From Octopus vulgaris (lineage: Eukaryota), in contig OX597819.1 of NCBI GenBank assembly GCA_951406725.2, forward strand, positions 95,790,001 to 95,854,000: a stretch of 64,000 nucleotides of DNA, in the 5' to 3' direction. The notes under the pieces are model-generated. The model worked only from the letters and a program-made list of their open reading frames with translations. It was not told the DNA's origin and did not search any database. Every line of letters begins with the position of its first letter. Positions within the stretch are counted from its first letter, which is position 1. Position numbers and translations under genes: made by a program. Shown here piece by piece: positions 23,810 to 36,436 of the stretch.

Positions 23810-24544
23810 TTACAGATTTATGCTTAAAATGGTGCCGTCTTTCATACTGACCATTCTTGCCACATTTACCCATTTTTTATTGAAACTTTCATTCGACAAT
23901 ACTTTCCTCTCTATTCTCATCCTCCTTTTCAAGTGGTACTTCAAAAAGTTGACTAGAGACTGACCAGAGAGGAAAGTGTTTGTTTGTAGGCCTTTCAAAC
24001 GTGTCCACCACACGCATTCTTTCGCCTTAGCTATCAGTGTTATGAAAACTGTTTTTCCCTCCCGTTTAAAGGAAGGTGGCGGAACAATATTCACGATAGA
24101 CTCAGCCGATAAGTGGGTCCGCCCTACACGCAACAACAGCTGTTCGACGAAGTTCCACAGCTCTGAAATATCTGGACACTGCACGAGTGCGTGCAGAACA
24201 GTTTTGTCGCTCTGACCGCATCTCGGGCATGCACGCCCGTTTCTGCCATCCACATCCAAGACAACCAGCCTACCCTCCGAGTCTAGGAATATCGATCTTA
24301 CTTTTACGTTTAGACTCTTTCGAAAAAGCGCCACGGTACCACCACCACCCATGTTTGGCAGACAGGGAGAAAAATAAATGTCGAATTGACCGCCAAACAT
24401 GGACGCAAGGGCCCGCGGCTTACTGAGTCTGGTTTCACTGATAGCTACTATATCAACGTTCAGTGACTTGATGTCATTTAGAAGGTAACCTTGCTTCTGA
24501 GCCGACGCCAAGCCACGCACATTCACACAACCTAATTTAAGCAT
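23810..24544 (-). CDS. Mini-ORF2: APE endonuclease N-terminal part fused in frame to the C-terminal CxxC-H-C zinc motif, no RT
   Basis: MLKLGCVNVRGL...DIVAISETRL...GGGTVAL...GRLVVLDV is followed directly by CPRCGQSDKTVLHALVQC. 244 aa with no stops. Confidence 0.8.
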   Translation of the reverse strand: MLKLGCVNVRGLASAQKQGYLLNDIKSLNVDIVAISETRLSKPRALASMFGGQFDIYFSPCLPNMGGGGTVALFRKSLNVKVRSIFLDSEGRLVVLDVDGRNGRACPRCGQSDKTVLHALVQCPDISELWNFVEQLLLRVGRTHLSAESIVNIVPPPSFKREGKTVFITLIAKAKECVWWTRLKGLQTNTFLSGQSLVNFLKYHLKRRMRIERKVLSNESFNKKWVNVARMVSMKDGTILSINL

Positions 24545-24608
24545 AATTTATGGTCAAAAAGTTGTGTTCCACACAACAGTGAAAGAGACGAGAAGGAAGG
24601 TTACTTAC

Positions 24609-25895
24609 TCATTTCGAAAGATTTTGAGTTGTTTCCTCTTCTTTTGAAATGTCTTTGAGGAGATTTTTATAAAGTTTTTTAGATAAATATTTCTGGAACC
24701 CCCCGACCGCATTTGAAAAGATGGTTTTGAGTGTGTGGTGCTGCGTTTGTGTGATGTGTACTATTTTTATGTGTGTCGGTGGTGTAGTGCATGGATGATT
24801 GTTCGGTTTAAAGTCATCTTCACAAATGTTTGTGTTAGATGCGATGTAGTTCATTAGTTTTTTATTTGCTGTGATGAATCAGAAGGGGGTAAAGGTAAAG
24901 CATTTGCATCTATATGCTAGCATGGAAAGCGGACGTTAAACGATGATGATGATGTTGTTGTGGTATTAGGGGCAAAATTTGTCTTTTCGTCATTGTTATT
25001 TGTTTTCTTAGTTGTCGTTTTTGGTGCTAGTCTGTCTTTTGATGTTGGTGGTGGTGTTGTTTTAGTTGGTTGCGACGTCGGAGGTAATTGTGATGGTGTT
25101 GTTTCTCTTCTTGGTGATGTTGTTGAGTTTTGTTTGCTAGTTTGTTGTTGTTCCATATTTCTATATAATTCTTGCATCAGTTGTGGGTTTGGTGGTATTG
25201 GTAGCAAAGGGTGTTTTCTATTTGTTTGCAACTGTTCTTGTGTTTTATGTGCCAAAACGCACTTTGCAACTAAGTGGTCTGGGCTGCCACAGAGGTAACA
25301 ATGCGTTTTTTTTCCCCCTCTGCCACCACATATAGGCTTTGTCCATTTTCTAGGTAAATGATATTTAGTAATTTCTTCATCTATTTGAATTGTCACTTCT
25401 ATCAATTTCCCAGTCCAATTTTCATTGTTAACAATGGCAATTTCTATGTTGATCGATTTTAAATGAAAACATATTGCCGATGTTATCCATTTTGGTTGGG
25501 ACATTCTTTATTTTTATTTTACTCACTCTCTGTCCCATGTAGTATGGGACCATGACGAGTTCGTCATTTTGTATTGTCTGTGTCGAGTGAGTTTTTGCCT
25601 CTTCCTGATTATGGAAGCAGACCTGTACCATGTTAAATTGGGGACCCCTGTTTATATGCTCTTTAATTTTCATATTTTAGCACGTAGATGTGGTAGTTTT
25701 GGTGGTGGTGGTGATGACAGGGCTATCAAGGGTTGTAGAAATATCTTTGTTGTTGACAGCAATGTCTTTTTCAAACTTTGTTCTCGACTTTACAGTATCA
25801 TCTATTCTTCCTTCTGTCATTGCTAGGCTGGGAAAATCTTCAGAGAATAGTGTCGAATACTGTTTAACAATCAAATTTCTTGACATTTTTATCAT
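24609..25895 (-). pseudogene. ORF1 (gag-like, CCHC zinc knuckle), disrupted
   Basis: Consecutive ORF pieces 25895-25677, 25673-25428, 25504-24917 and 24854-24609. CYLCGSPDHLVAKC knuckle and a Thr/Pro-rich tail. Confidence 0.75.
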
Positions 25896-26278
25896 CGAGA
25901 AATAAACTTTAGTATTAAAAGGGTGATGTAAATGCCCCTAGGGGCGAATTCCACACTTAAGAATATCCAAACGAAAGTTGGGCGCTTGAAAACTTCAAAA
26001 CAAAATAGAAATGTAAACAAAATGTCAAGCAGATGATAATGCTTATACTTTAAACGAAACGCTTCGGCGACATATGTAAAAAATCTGGAGAAGCAATATT
26101 TTTGTATGAAAACAGGGCTGAAATTGCCCCTAGGGGCAAATTCCTCTCCGGAAGACACACCCAGACGAAAGCTGGGTGTCTTACACACCTCATGTGCGAA
26201 AATTTGAAACAAAACTTTTCTAATAAACAATAAAAAAAAGGCGATTGACTTATGAGCAGATCCAACAACACTATCGAT

Positions 26279-27384
26279 AGATAGATAGATGAGTGGTTAG
26301 TGAGAGGTGTACAAGCCATGTACAGGGATGCTGCCAGTAGGGTGAAAGTTGGCAACAAGTATAGCAATGGATTCAGTGTGCAGGTAGGAGTTCATCAAAG
26401 TTCAGTTCTCAGTCCCGCTATTGTTTATCTTAGTCCTCCAGATCTTAACAGAGGAATCCAAAACTGGTTGCTCTTGGGAGCTATTCTACACTTGTTCTTA
26501 TAGCCAAATTACTACCTGTCCTATAGAAGAAATTGGAAGTAGAAGATAGCTTCTGTTACCTAGGAGACCAAGTTAGCAGAGGAGGAGGAAGTTCTGAAAA
26601 TGTAATCGCTAGAATAAGAACGGGCTTGACAAAGTTCTGAGAGCTTCTACCTTTGTTGGTAACTAAGGGCCTCTCCCTCGGAGTGAAAGACAAATTGTAT
26701 GATGCCTGTGTATGTGCAGCTATGTTACATGGCAATGAAACATGGGCACAGAGGATTTGCAAAGCCTTGAAAGAAATAAAGTTAGTTCACTCTACTGGAT
26801 GTGTTAACATACACAAATGACAGTGTAATTAATTTAAGAAGAAAATTTGATATAAGCGGCTTCAGATGTTGTGTGCAAGAGAGAAGACTGCGCTGGTTTG
26901 GTCATGTGATGTGCATGGATGAGGACAGCTGCATAAAGTGCTGAGCCCTAATTGTGGAGGAAACCTGTGGAAGGGGTAGACCCAGGCAGATGTAGGATGA
27001 AGTGATGAGAACAGATCTTTGGATGCTGGGCTTCACTGAGGAAATGACAAGAGGCCAGGAATTGTGGTGATTTGCTGTACTTGAGAAGATGCTTCAAGCT
27101 AAGTAAAACTGCTGTCATCCATACATACAGGCTTGTCCCTTGTAGATGCCAGTGCCACATAAAATGCACTCATGCCAATGCTAGGTAAATGCCGCTGTGC
27201 TGGTGGCATGTAAAAAGTACCCAGCATACTCTGTAAAGTGGTTGGTATTAGGAAGGACGTCTAGCTGTAGAAACCATGTCACAACAGACAATTGGAGCCT
27301 GGGCAGCTCCCCAGCTGGTCAACCCCATGTCAAATCATCCAACCCATACCAGCGTGGAAAACAGACGTTAAATGATGATGATGA
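26279..27384 (+). mobile_element. RTE-clade LINE right half, including 3' UTR and (GAT)n tail
   Basis: IDEWLVRGVQAMYRDAASRVKVG...VGVHQSSVLSP, YLGDQ, LYDACVCAAMLHGNETW, RRLRWFGHV. Ends cagacgttaaatgatgatgatga. Confidence 0.9.
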
Positions 27385-28029
27385 CTTTCAAAATCAGACA
27401 AGACCTACTATAGAGTAATCAACTGTTGGCATCTGGCGAACAATGGGATGTCAGTGGCTAGGAAATAGAATGGATGGGAATGAGAATAGAATCAACATCT
27501 GATACAAAGGAAAAATATGTACTTCTAGCTGTGCTACATGAAAAGACTTGTTTTTGTTATGCAACCATATTTTTCATATACTTTATGGTTTAAGTTTGAA
27601 AAGCTAAATTGATATTCTAAAGCTATCCAAGTAAAAAAGAATTCCAGAAATTGGTTTCAAATCAAATAAAATTTACTATCAACATAGAGTAAAATAGAAG
27701 GAAATGTAGGAACTACTCAAATAGGAAAAAGTTCCAGTTGTGAGCCAAGGGAGAATACTCGACCCTTAATTACTTTTGCACACACTTCAAAAACAAATAT
27801 TTTCATCCCTTACCAGCAAAACTAGAGGAAGATGTCCAGCACGTTAGGACGGCAAATTAAACATGATTACGATATAAATAATTCACAAAGGACATTTATA
27901 TAACATAAAATACAATTTATAACTGAAGGTTCAATATAGCATGTACAAAAACTCATTTTAATGGCTTTAAGTTAAGGGCTTCCACCACTTAACAAAATTT
28001 CAAGTTTCATCTTGACATAACATTTATAT

Positions 28030-28350
28030 ATGGCTGTATGGTAAGAAGTTTACTTCCCAACCACATAGTCATGTAAGTGATATCCTTCATTTCCTATCAT
28101 CCAGGCAAGCATCTGGTCAGAGGGAATATTACATTACTAGGAAACAGGCAAGGGTTAGCAACAGGAAGGGCATACAGCTGTAAAAAATCTGCTTCAAGAA
28201 ATGTTGTCCATTCCATGCAAGCATAGCATCCAGCTGTAGAAGCCAACCCAGAACAGACTATGGGACCTGGTGTGGCTCCTGGCCTTACCAGTTCCTGTCA
28301 AGCTGTCTGACCTATGCCAGCATGGAAAACGGACATTAAATGATGATAAC
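28030..28350 (+). mobile_element. SINE/RTE-tail composite
   Basis: Head tggtaagaagtttacttcccaaccac and tail gcatggaaaacggacattaaatgatgat. Confidence 0.65.
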
Positions 28351-28874
28351 AATATATATACATGCTTGTGAGATATGGAGAAAGAGCAGCAGCTGTCTTA
28401 TAACGATATTACCTTAGAACCAAACAAGGAATTTCTTAGAGCAACCACACACCATAAACAAAGTTAGAGATAGGCCCTGGTTGAGTAAACTGCAATAAGA
28501 CAGCTGCAGATCCTTGGCCATATGTTATGTACGCCCACAAACAAACAAGTGGAAGCAAGGCATACTTGTTAAGATCTGGCTGAGGACTGTAGAGGAGAAC
28601 TCAGCATATGTGTCTGGTGGGAACTGAAACAGAAGCAGAGAATATATGGAGGCTCCTTGTGTCAAATGGCCTTGGAGATAGTAACAATATTTAGTTGTAA
28701 CCTAACTTTACACTGATGTTATCATCTCTGATTTATGAAAATATATTTAACTATTCGTCTATAAAGTCAAATAAATCAATAATAAAATTACTGGTGTTTT
28801 TTTTTTTTTTTTTGATGTAATACTGCAGAATACATCTTAGGTTTTTAGCCAATACTGTGAACACCTGGACCAAT

Positions 28875-29080
28875 ATATATATAACTTCATGAACAGAGGA
28901 AATTGAGCTGGTATGATTGATGACTGAGTACTCTCCCTTCAACAATCCACAGACACACTGCTTACAAACCTACTGTTTGTTACGTTTATATATCTTCATG
29001 AACAAAGAGAAAATTGCGCTAGTTTCATCGGTGACTGAGTACTCTCCCTCCTCAGACACTGCTTACAAATTTACTGTTTG
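28875..29080. repeat. Diverged tandem duplication of about 110 bp
   Basis: cttcatgaaca...gaaattg...tgactgagtactctccct...cactgcttacaaa..tactgtttgt occurs twice. Confidence 0.75.
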
Positions 29081-29449
29081 TAGGTTTGTAAGCTAAATTG
29101 AGTAGACCAAATTGTATATTTTCACACATTCTCAATATCTGTTTAATAACTGCTGCCTTAGTGGTGTTTTGTTTCAATGCTTTACTGTCTTTGCACAGTG
29201 TTGCCCCCCCACTCCCACACAAATATATATATATATTCTGTAATACAGGGATGGTTTGCATGGCTCTCATAAACCATTCATCTCCACTAAGATTTCTTAA
29301 TAACCACCAAGCTACAGTGTAGAACTCAAAGGCCTCCTCCAGTCAACAAATGCTTGATATTGTAGCTTCTCATTCAGCTCTGAATACTTTGAGTACACAA
29401 TTACAATGGTATTTTAATTATATTGGAAGTAATACATTCAACTACAGTC

Positions 29450-29672
29450 ACTTTCCATATGAATATATACATATATAGTTAAGTGACCTGTTTAGGAGAA
29501 TGATGTACCACAGATATAGCAGCGATATTGTTTTTCTTCTGTATGAGCATGCTTGTGTTTAGTTGAGTGATCCTTTGAAGAAAATGATTTACCAAAGATA
29601 TTAGCAATATAGTTTCCTGTAAAAAATATATGTGCAGTAAGTCATCATTTTGAGAGAATGAATCACCAATTA
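29450..29672 (-). pseudogene. About three degenerate C2H2 fingers downstream of the ZNF stop codon
   Basis: IFGKSFSSKDHSTKHKHAHTEEK and YRCYICGTSFS*TGHLTI remnants. Confidence 0.75.
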
Positions 29673-31322
29673 TTACAGTGATGCTTCATCTCTTGTATGG
29701 ATAAGTCTGTGTCTAGTTAAGTGGTTTATTTGAGAGAATGATTTACTACAGATATCACAGTCATATGGCTTCTCTCCTGAATGAATACGTTTGTGAGTTG
29801 TTAAGGAATCATTTACAGAGAATGATTTACCACAGACATCACAGTGATATGGTTTCTCTCCAGTATGAACACGCCTGTGAGCAGTCAAATGACTTGTTTG
29901 AGAGAATGATTTTCCACAGATATCACAACAATATGGTTTTTCTCCTGTGTGAGTACGTTTGTGTCCACTTACTGCACTTCCAACAGAGAATGATTTACCA
30001 CAGATGTCACAATGATATGGCTTCTCACCTGTATGAACATGTTTGTGCTTACTTAAGTGACTTGCTTGAGAAAACGATTTACCACAGACATCACAATGAT
30101 ATGGTTTCTCTCCTGTATGAATGTATTTGTGTGCAATTAAGACATTTCCATGAGAGAACGATTTACCACAGATATCACAGTGATATGGTTTCTCACCAGT
30201 ATGAACACGTTTGTGAGTGGTTAAATTAGAATTTCTAGAAAATGCCTTACCACAGATTTCACACTGAAATGGGGTTTCTCCCGTATGAGTGCGTTTGTGT
30301 TTAGTTAAGTCACCCTTTTCAGAGAAGGATTTACCACAGATATCACAGTGATATGGCTGCTCTCCTGTATGAATACGTGTGTGAATTTTTAACCGAAAAC
30401 TTACAGAGAATGATTTACCGCAGATATCACAGTGATATGGTTTTTCTCCTGTATGAATACGTTTGTGTTGAGTGAAGTGATCATTTCGAGAAAATGACTT
30501 ATTGCATATGTGGCAGTGATATGGCTTCTCTCCTGTATGAATACGTTTGTGATTAATTAAATGGGCATTTTCAGCGAATGATTTACCACAGATATCACAA
30601 GGATAAGGCTTCTCTCCTGTATGAATGCGTGTGTGTCTAATTAACTGACAGTTTTGAATGAATGATTTACCACAGACATCACAGTGATGTGGTTTCTCTC
30701 CTGTATGACAGCGTTTATGAGTTGTCAAGTGACCTTTTGTAGTAAATGATTTACCACACATATCACAGTCATATGGCTTCTCTCCAGTATGAGAGCGTTT
30801 GTGTATGGGTATATCACCATTACAAGAGAATGCTTTACCACAGATATCACAGTGAAAGGGCTTCTCCCCTGTATGAATACGTTTGTGTTTAGTTAAGTGA
30901 TCATTTACAGAGAATGATCTACCACAGATATCACAGTGATATGGCCTCTCTCCTGTATGAATACGTTTATGTTTGGTTAGTTCACCACTTCCATAGAATG
31001 ACTTAGCACAGAAATTACAACTATATGGCTTTTCCCCTGTATGAATGCGTTTATGTTTAGTTAAGTGATTTATTTGAACGAATGATTTACCACAGAAATC
31101 ACAGTGAAATGGTTTTTCTCCTGTATGAATGCGTTTGTGAATATTAAGATTACATTTTTGAGAGAATGATTTTCCACAGCTATTGCAGAGGAATGATGTT
31201 TTTGCTCTTTCTTTCAGCAGCTCATCAGAACGGATTTTTTTAGAGTCTGTTTTGCATTTAACCTTGTTCTCATATGGTATATTTTCCATAATTTTTCTTT
31301 TCTTAATGCAATATATACACAT
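29673..31322 (-). CDS. Tandem C2H2 zinc-finger protein, 18 fingers, single coding exon (start may be a downstream Met)
   Basis: 18 CxxC-x12-HxxxH repeats with TGEKPY-type linkers. Acceptor tatttcag| precedes 31643. Confidence 0.95.
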   Translation of the reverse strand: MCIYCIKKRKIMENIPYENKVKCKTDSKKIRSDELLKERAKTSFLCNSCGKSFSQKCNLNIHKRIHTGEKPFHCDFCGKSFVQINHLTKHKRIHTGEKPYSCNFCAKSFYGSGELTKHKRIHTGERPYHCDICGRSFSVNDHLTKHKRIHTGEKPFHCDICGKAFSCNGDIPIHKRSHTGEKPYDCDMCGKSFTTKGHLTTHKRCHTGEKPHHCDVCGKSFIQNCQLIRHTRIHTGEKPYPCDICGKSFAENAHLINHKRIHTGEKPYHCHICNKSFSRNDHFTQHKRIHTGEKPYHCDICGKSFSVSFRLKIHTRIHTGEQPYHCDICGKSFSEKGDLTKHKRTHTGETPFQCEICGKAFSRNSNLTTHKRVHTGEKPYHCDICGKSFSHGNVLIAHKYIHTGEKPYHCDVCGKSFSQASHLSKHKHVHTGEKPYHCDICGKSFSVGSAVSGHKRTHTGEKPYCCDICGKSFSQTSHLTAHRRVHTGEKPYHCDVCGKSFSVNDSLTTHKRIHSGEKPYDCDICSKSFSQINHLTRHRLIHTRDEASL

Positions 31323-31717
31323 TTATATTTTGCTTTTATATCATATTCCTTACAAATATTTCTTCCAACGCATTTCCAGCAATTCTAATCCTTGTCAATA
31401 TCTGAGGTCACTGCAAATTTATTTGTAATGCAAAATCATTTTGTACATACTCCACTCTTCAAAATGTAAAAATATTTCATTATAATCTCAGTCCATGGGA
31501 TATATTTCAGTGATTCTACCATGGGTCTGTATGAACAGGGTGGTATCTATTCCGTATTTCTTCATTTAGTCTTTAAAATATGATAAATATTGATGATGCA
31601 TCCAATGTACAATTTTTTTTTAATACCAATGTCTTCCAATATTCTGAAATAAGAGAAAGATAGTATAAATGGAGGATGCTTAAAATGTAAAAAGTTTCAA
31701 TTTTATTATATTTCCAT

Positions 31718-32048
31718 GTGTGGTAAGAAGCTTGCTTCCCAACCTCATGATTCTGGGTTCAGGTCTACTCTGTGGCATCTTTGGCAGGTCTTCTATAGCC
31801 CTAGTCCAACTAAAGCCTTGAGTGGATTTCGTAGATGGAAACAGAAAGAAGCCTATTGTATATGCATCTATGTAAGTTAAAAAGCACCCGGTACACTCTG
31901 TAAAGTGGTTGGCTTTAGGGAAAGGCATCCAGCCATAGAAACTAAGTCAAAGCAGACATTTGAGTTTAGTGTAGTTATCTGGGTCACCAGCTCCCGTCAA
32001 ATTGTCCAACCTATGCTAGCATGGAAGATGGACGTTAAATGAAGATGA
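31718..32048 (+). mobile_element. SINE with RTE-derived tail
   Basis: Head tggtaagaagcttgcttccc. aagcacccggtacactctgtaaagtggttgg...gcatggaagatggacgttaaatga is shared with the RTE 3' UTR at about 27215-27384. Confidence 0.8.
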
Positions 32049-32935
32049 TATATATATATACAATTTGTACAAGTTACCACAAATTTGATAGATCAATGAA
32101 AATGAAAGATTATATAGCTGTTTCCTGGTGTAGTCATTTACTGAATTAAAAGTTATTAAAATGTAAAATGAAAAACCAAAGTGTACATACCATTCTACAA
32201 GAATATATTCTACTTCTTAAGATTTTACTTGGGTTACAATAATACATTATAATAGGAAATAATGCAGAGGCCTATAAAAGGTGACCATCCAGTTAATATA
32301 TTGTTACTATGCAGTTATCATTATCATCATTTAACGTCTGTGCTCCATGCTAGCATGGATGAGATGGTACGACAAGAGCCAGCCAGGCCAAAGCCTACAC
32401 TAGACTTCTGTGACTGTTTTGTCAGGATTTTTACAGCTGCATGCCCTTCCTAACACCAACCATTATATATATATAATTTACATTCTTGGGGAATTTCCAT
32501 AATGAATATACTTCCTTATCAATTTTGTAGGTTTTAAACATCAGAAGTTACAATTGTTACAATAAAAAAAAAATCTTCAAAGTTTCAATCTTTGGAGAGA
32601 ACAAACAACCAGCTCTTCATTCTGTATTTCCAATTACAGCCTAACTACCTCTGACCATGATCACCCCTTCATCATTCACTTCTATATTCTTTGCAATCTT
32701 TCATCATATACTCTTCACTACCTTCCATGTAACTCACATTCAGCATCAAACAACCTAGCCACCCACCACTTCAACCCTTGATCATCATTCAGTGTATTCA
32801 TACCCCTACTCAACCTCTAATCATTACCTAGCCACCCTTCCTGCCACTAGAGTCCATATGACAACTTGTTACTACCATTTCCCTTTCTTTTTCTAGTTTC
32901 ACAACAAATACTATCACCCACTTCTATATAATATG

Positions 32936-33145
32936 TATTTCTTTACTACCCACAAGGGGCTAAACACAGAGGGGACAAACAAGGACAGACAAACGGATTA
33001 AGTTGATTATATTGACCCCAGTGCGTAACCTGGTACTTAATTTATAGACCCCGAAAGGATGAAAGGCAAAGTCGACCTCGGAGGAATTTGAACTCAGAAC
33101 GTAACAGCAGACGAAATACGGCTACGCATTTCGCCAGGCGTGCTA
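32936..33145 (-). mobile_element. Young SINE with Tx1-like tail
   Basis: Core gactttgcctttcatcctttcggggtc and tail tttgtcccctctgtgtttagccccttgtgggtagtaaagaaata. Confidence 0.85.
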
Positions 33146-33599
33146 TATAATATGAGCAGCTATGTATCTCCTCTACAGCAAAAATTATGTACAGAACAAG
33201 ATGGAGTGTATAATGTTCGGCGTCATTCTGCATGATCAGAAGGGACACACCTGGATCCGACAACAGAGAGGAATCAATAACAGCGCACTACCATCAAGAA
33301 TAGAAATGGGTCGGTCACGTTACACGGTTTAAAGATAATAGTAAGGGGCGATAGGAGTGACAGAGTAGGCACCGTGAGAATGAATTGGATTACAAGGTAA
33401 GCAACAAGATTGCGAGTTACATGGAAACCGCACGAGCAAGACTGACCAGAGACAGATCTTAGTGGAGATAGTCCAAGGCGGGGTTCCTCCTTCAAGAGTA
33501 ATATTAGCCACAGAATGAATTGAAAAGTACTTCAACACATAACAACTGACACAACTCATTACAGCCATCAAGAAACTAACATCACTCTCGACAGTTTAC

Positions 33600-34030
33600 C
33601 TTAGCAGTAACGTATAAAATAGAAACAAGGAATATTTCGTACTTTAATTTTTTAAAAATTTACTTTCGTTTCAATATACGATAATAAGAGGCATTATAAA
33701 TGAAAGAAGTCGAGTGACTAAGGAAAAACAATATAACAAAAATTTACCTCGTATAAATGACAGTAATAACGATGAAGTCAGAGGTGGTGGTCAAGAGTGT
33801 CAGTTTATAGATATAATTATTACTCGGTTTGTATACATCTGCATAGTTAAAAGCAATTGTTTGCAATGCTTTTACGTTCCATATTCAACAGATTATTTTC
33901 TTAACCGATGTCGTGCGATTCATGTGTTCTTTCCGCGTGGAGCACAACTGTCAATATCCGGTTGGAATGCGCATGACGAAAATAGAGAGAGAAAGCTCGT
34001 GTCGAATAAGCGCGCGCGCGCACATACGTT
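33600..34030 (-). promoter_or_regulatory. Putative promoter and non-coding first exon of the 18-finger ZNF
   Basis: CpG-enriched (tgcgcatg, gcgcgcgcgcgc). Candidate donors GAG|GTAAAT at 33747 and AAG|GTAAAC at 33599. Confidence 0.45.
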
Positions 34031-35573
34031 TATTTATTTCACTTTTTAAGTTATGTCTTACAGATATTCCATATAATTTAGAGCCAGCAATGAAAGTTAC
34101 GATGTTTCGTATATGAATACGTCTATGTGAAAATGCGATCGAAAATAAAAAATGGGTGTATATGCATGTTTCAGGAATTATTGCTCCTTCTTCAGCACCA
34201 CATCCAACCCATTAACCATTCACAAACACATTGCTTTAAAATACCATTAAGTTTAGCAGTGTAACACTATTGGGTAGACCAATTTACACTGGTAGTTGGT
34301 ACGTATATTTCCTTTAGCAATCACAATATACTACTAAAAGTTTATAAGTCAATACTGAAAAGTATTGGCGACGTTTCCAGAAAGTGTAACTACTGGAGTC
34401 GGCGAAGATCAGCGTAATAAAATGAAAGTAAAATATTTGGTAGTACTTTAGAAAATTCGTCATCAAAATGAAACTGGAAGAATGTTTAGGAACTGAAAGT
34501 TGAATTTGAGTGAAAGGAATTATGTCGTACGTGGGATGTTTTTGGTTTCACACACCAGATCCGATTTTTTTAGAACATTTTTAGACACAGTTTTTCATGC
34601 TAATTAGGAAAATCTAATCATTTTTTGTAAGAACTGATATTTTGCGGGAAATTTCACCCAATCAGATGCAGCCATTTTTGATACATCAGAAGTTCCCATA
34701 GCAACATTATTGGACCAGCATGAGAGCATCCATAGAATTCTTTCTTCAGTATTCTATTGGATAAGTTTTAAATGTTTCAAATAATCTCTAACAACCCGTG
34801 TAAAAACACTTTTTAAGGTTTCAGATCAAAACAGTAATTTGACATGATTTTGTAAAATTAAAGATTCATTATTTTTCTCAACAGCTACATCTTCACAGAT
34901 TATTATGAACCTGCAAATGATTTTGCTTCACAATACCAACTTGGCTCATTTTTTGCTTCTTCCTACCACCTGACTCATTTTCAATTAGAGTTCCATTCAC
35001 ATTCAGGATACCTTATAGCAATATTTTTCACAGAGGAACAGGCAGGGAGATTGAAAAGGAGGTGGACAAATCACCATCTTTAAATAAATCAAGCTCATTT
35101 GCATTAAAAAAAAAGGACTTGTTGAAAACATAAAAATCCAAAGAAATTTTATTTGGGGAAAAAAAGAAATAGGGTGCATATCTTACACACCTGCAGTATT
35201 CCATGGGTTGTGGTGCTGGATTTGCTTTGATGAAGACATGCATTTGTCTAAAGACTTTGCTAGAAATGGTATGGCTTAACATCCATAATGACTTTGAGGG
35301 TTTTTATTTGAATGCTGTTCATGTTTAATAGTGGAATATGGCAATATTACACAGATAGGTAAGAATACAGTAATGTTTAATAGTTACTGTGTTATCATGA
35401 TTAGCATGATTCCACTGAAGGATGTTCACAAGGTCTCTTCATGAAGTCAGTGTAGGTTTGGCATAAAGTATTTAAGGTTGCATGTGAATGACACTTGAGT
35501 AAACAAGGTTAGAGAGGACTGGAGAGTGGTATCATATAAATAGATATGTAGGTTTTTGCCAATGTATATATTT

Positions 35574-36436
35574 GGGGCTAATGCAGTTTTGCACCTCCCC
35601 TTCAAAAATGCATTTTTTTAAAAAACATTTTTCAGATTCCTACATTTAAGATGTTAGAGATTACGAATATGCAAAAAAAAATTTATTTTTAAATACCTCC
35701 CCACCACCACTCCACCCCCCTTAAAATTTTGAACTTTTTCGAAATTTTTTTTCCCCTTATGTTTTAGATGACAGAGATTCCGAATATGCAAGAAACCACG
35801 TTTTCAAAATTTTTAATTCAATAAGCATATAGCTATGTGTATAAAGAGATAGATATGAATGTCTTCCTGGAGCTAAAAACAATAGTAACACCTTGTTCTG
35901 TAGGACTGCCACATTTTGTTGGCAAATATATTTTATGAATAAATGAATAGGGATAAATAGATAGACAGACAAATAAATAAATGGATGAAAATGTTCAAAA
36001 TTTAAAATTGGACGAGAGGGTGAAATTTGAGCCCATTATTAAACATTAATGTTTGTTTCTCATAAAATGGTGTATATTTAGAGCAGTTGTACACTCAACT
36101 TAATGTGACAGTCCCATGAAGAGAATCACACCACCATTATTTAGCCCTAGGAAGCATCAATTAAATTCTTATTTACGCAAGTAAAACGCAAATTCTTTTC
36201 ACTTTAATGTTTTTGACTAGATTTAATTTCAATTTGCATATGTTCGTTAATTCACTATGATCTCTTTAAAGTAAACAAAATCAAAAATTTAAATTTGGAG
36301 GGTAGGGCGAAATTTTTTTAAAAAATTTATTTTTTTGCATATTCGTAATCTCCGACGTCTAAAACGTAGGAAACTGAAAAAAATTTTTTTTTTTAAATGC
36401 ATTTTCCAAGTAGAGGTGCGAAACTGCATTAGCCCC
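35574..36436. mobile_element. MULE-like MITE with long TIRs and an 8-bp TSD
   Basis: TIRs of about 115 bp starting ggggctaatgcagttt(t/c)gcacctc. atatattt on both flanks. Confidence 0.85.

Larger units (their letters stand above)
23492..26278 (-). mobile_element. Internally deleted Tx1/L1-clade non-LTR element (5' UTR, ORF1, mini-ORF2, 3' UTR)
   Basis: Interrupts the RTE between QKL and IDEWLVRGVQAMY. Two-ORF layout. 3' end gccctgtgtggccataataaaaacaaaca resembles the 3' end of 5308-5768. Confidence 0.88.

Noticed and set aside
26270-26290. (GATA)n target-site specificity of the Tx1-like element
   Set aside because: The other family copy (5308-5768) has an unrelated TSD, tattgtggct, so specificity is not supported here.
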